Shown: piece after piece, positions 63,992-64,000 of the stretch | Layout: every line of letters begins with the position of its first letter | Position numbering within the stretch: the first letter of the stretch is position 1 | Source: Tubiluchus corallicola | Lineage: Eukaryota; Animalia; Priapulida | Assembly (NCBI GenBank): GCA_030141605.1 | Contig: JAQGDQ010002405.1 | Span: 14,260-78,259, forward strand | DNA: 64,000 nt | Direction: 5' to 3' | The notes under the pieces: model-generated | Database searches by the model: none | What the model was told of the DNA's origin: nothing | The model's input: only the letters and a program-made list of their open reading frames with translations | Program-made: the position numbers and the translations under genes

Positions 63992-64000
63992 CACTGAAGC

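Noticed and set aside
62176-64000. Integrative island at tRNA-Asn
   Set aside because: No tyrosine or serine integrase and no duplicated tRNA 3' end is visible; only an IS follows. The window ends here, so it cannot be fully excluded.

Overview
A 64-kb chromosomal segment from a Bacteroidota genome, Bacteroidales/Marinilabiliales-like. This is supported by a SusC/SusD pair, TAnnTTTG promoters, a serine palmitoyltransferase and zapA-rny synteny. Most of it is housekeeping and envelope genes: rny, zapA, polA, spt, alpha-2-macroglobulin-pbpC, clpS-nfeD-floA, recF, ribH, yidC, pyrG, fprA, gltX and tRNA-Asn. These are interrupted by five IS copies: one IS1634-type with a 263-bp direct repeat, two IS256 and two IS3-type. 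Four of the five are broken. The window also holds a decayed phage-type amidase, several tandem repeats and a strong replication-strand compositional bias. The best candidate for an undescribed system is a small membrane-anchored, His-rich ORF ending in an RSPP motif, directly upstream of a TonB-dependent receptor. It looks like a His-based analogue of the CruR/RAPP ribosome-arrest metal sensor. Other notable items are a mosaic repeat lipoprotein, an apparently shrunken 6S RNA locus, an IS256 inserted into a look-alike of its own end, a ~122-bp REP-like array and an octaheme-HEAT-TPR lipoprotein. All calls come from reading the sequence; no database searches were run.
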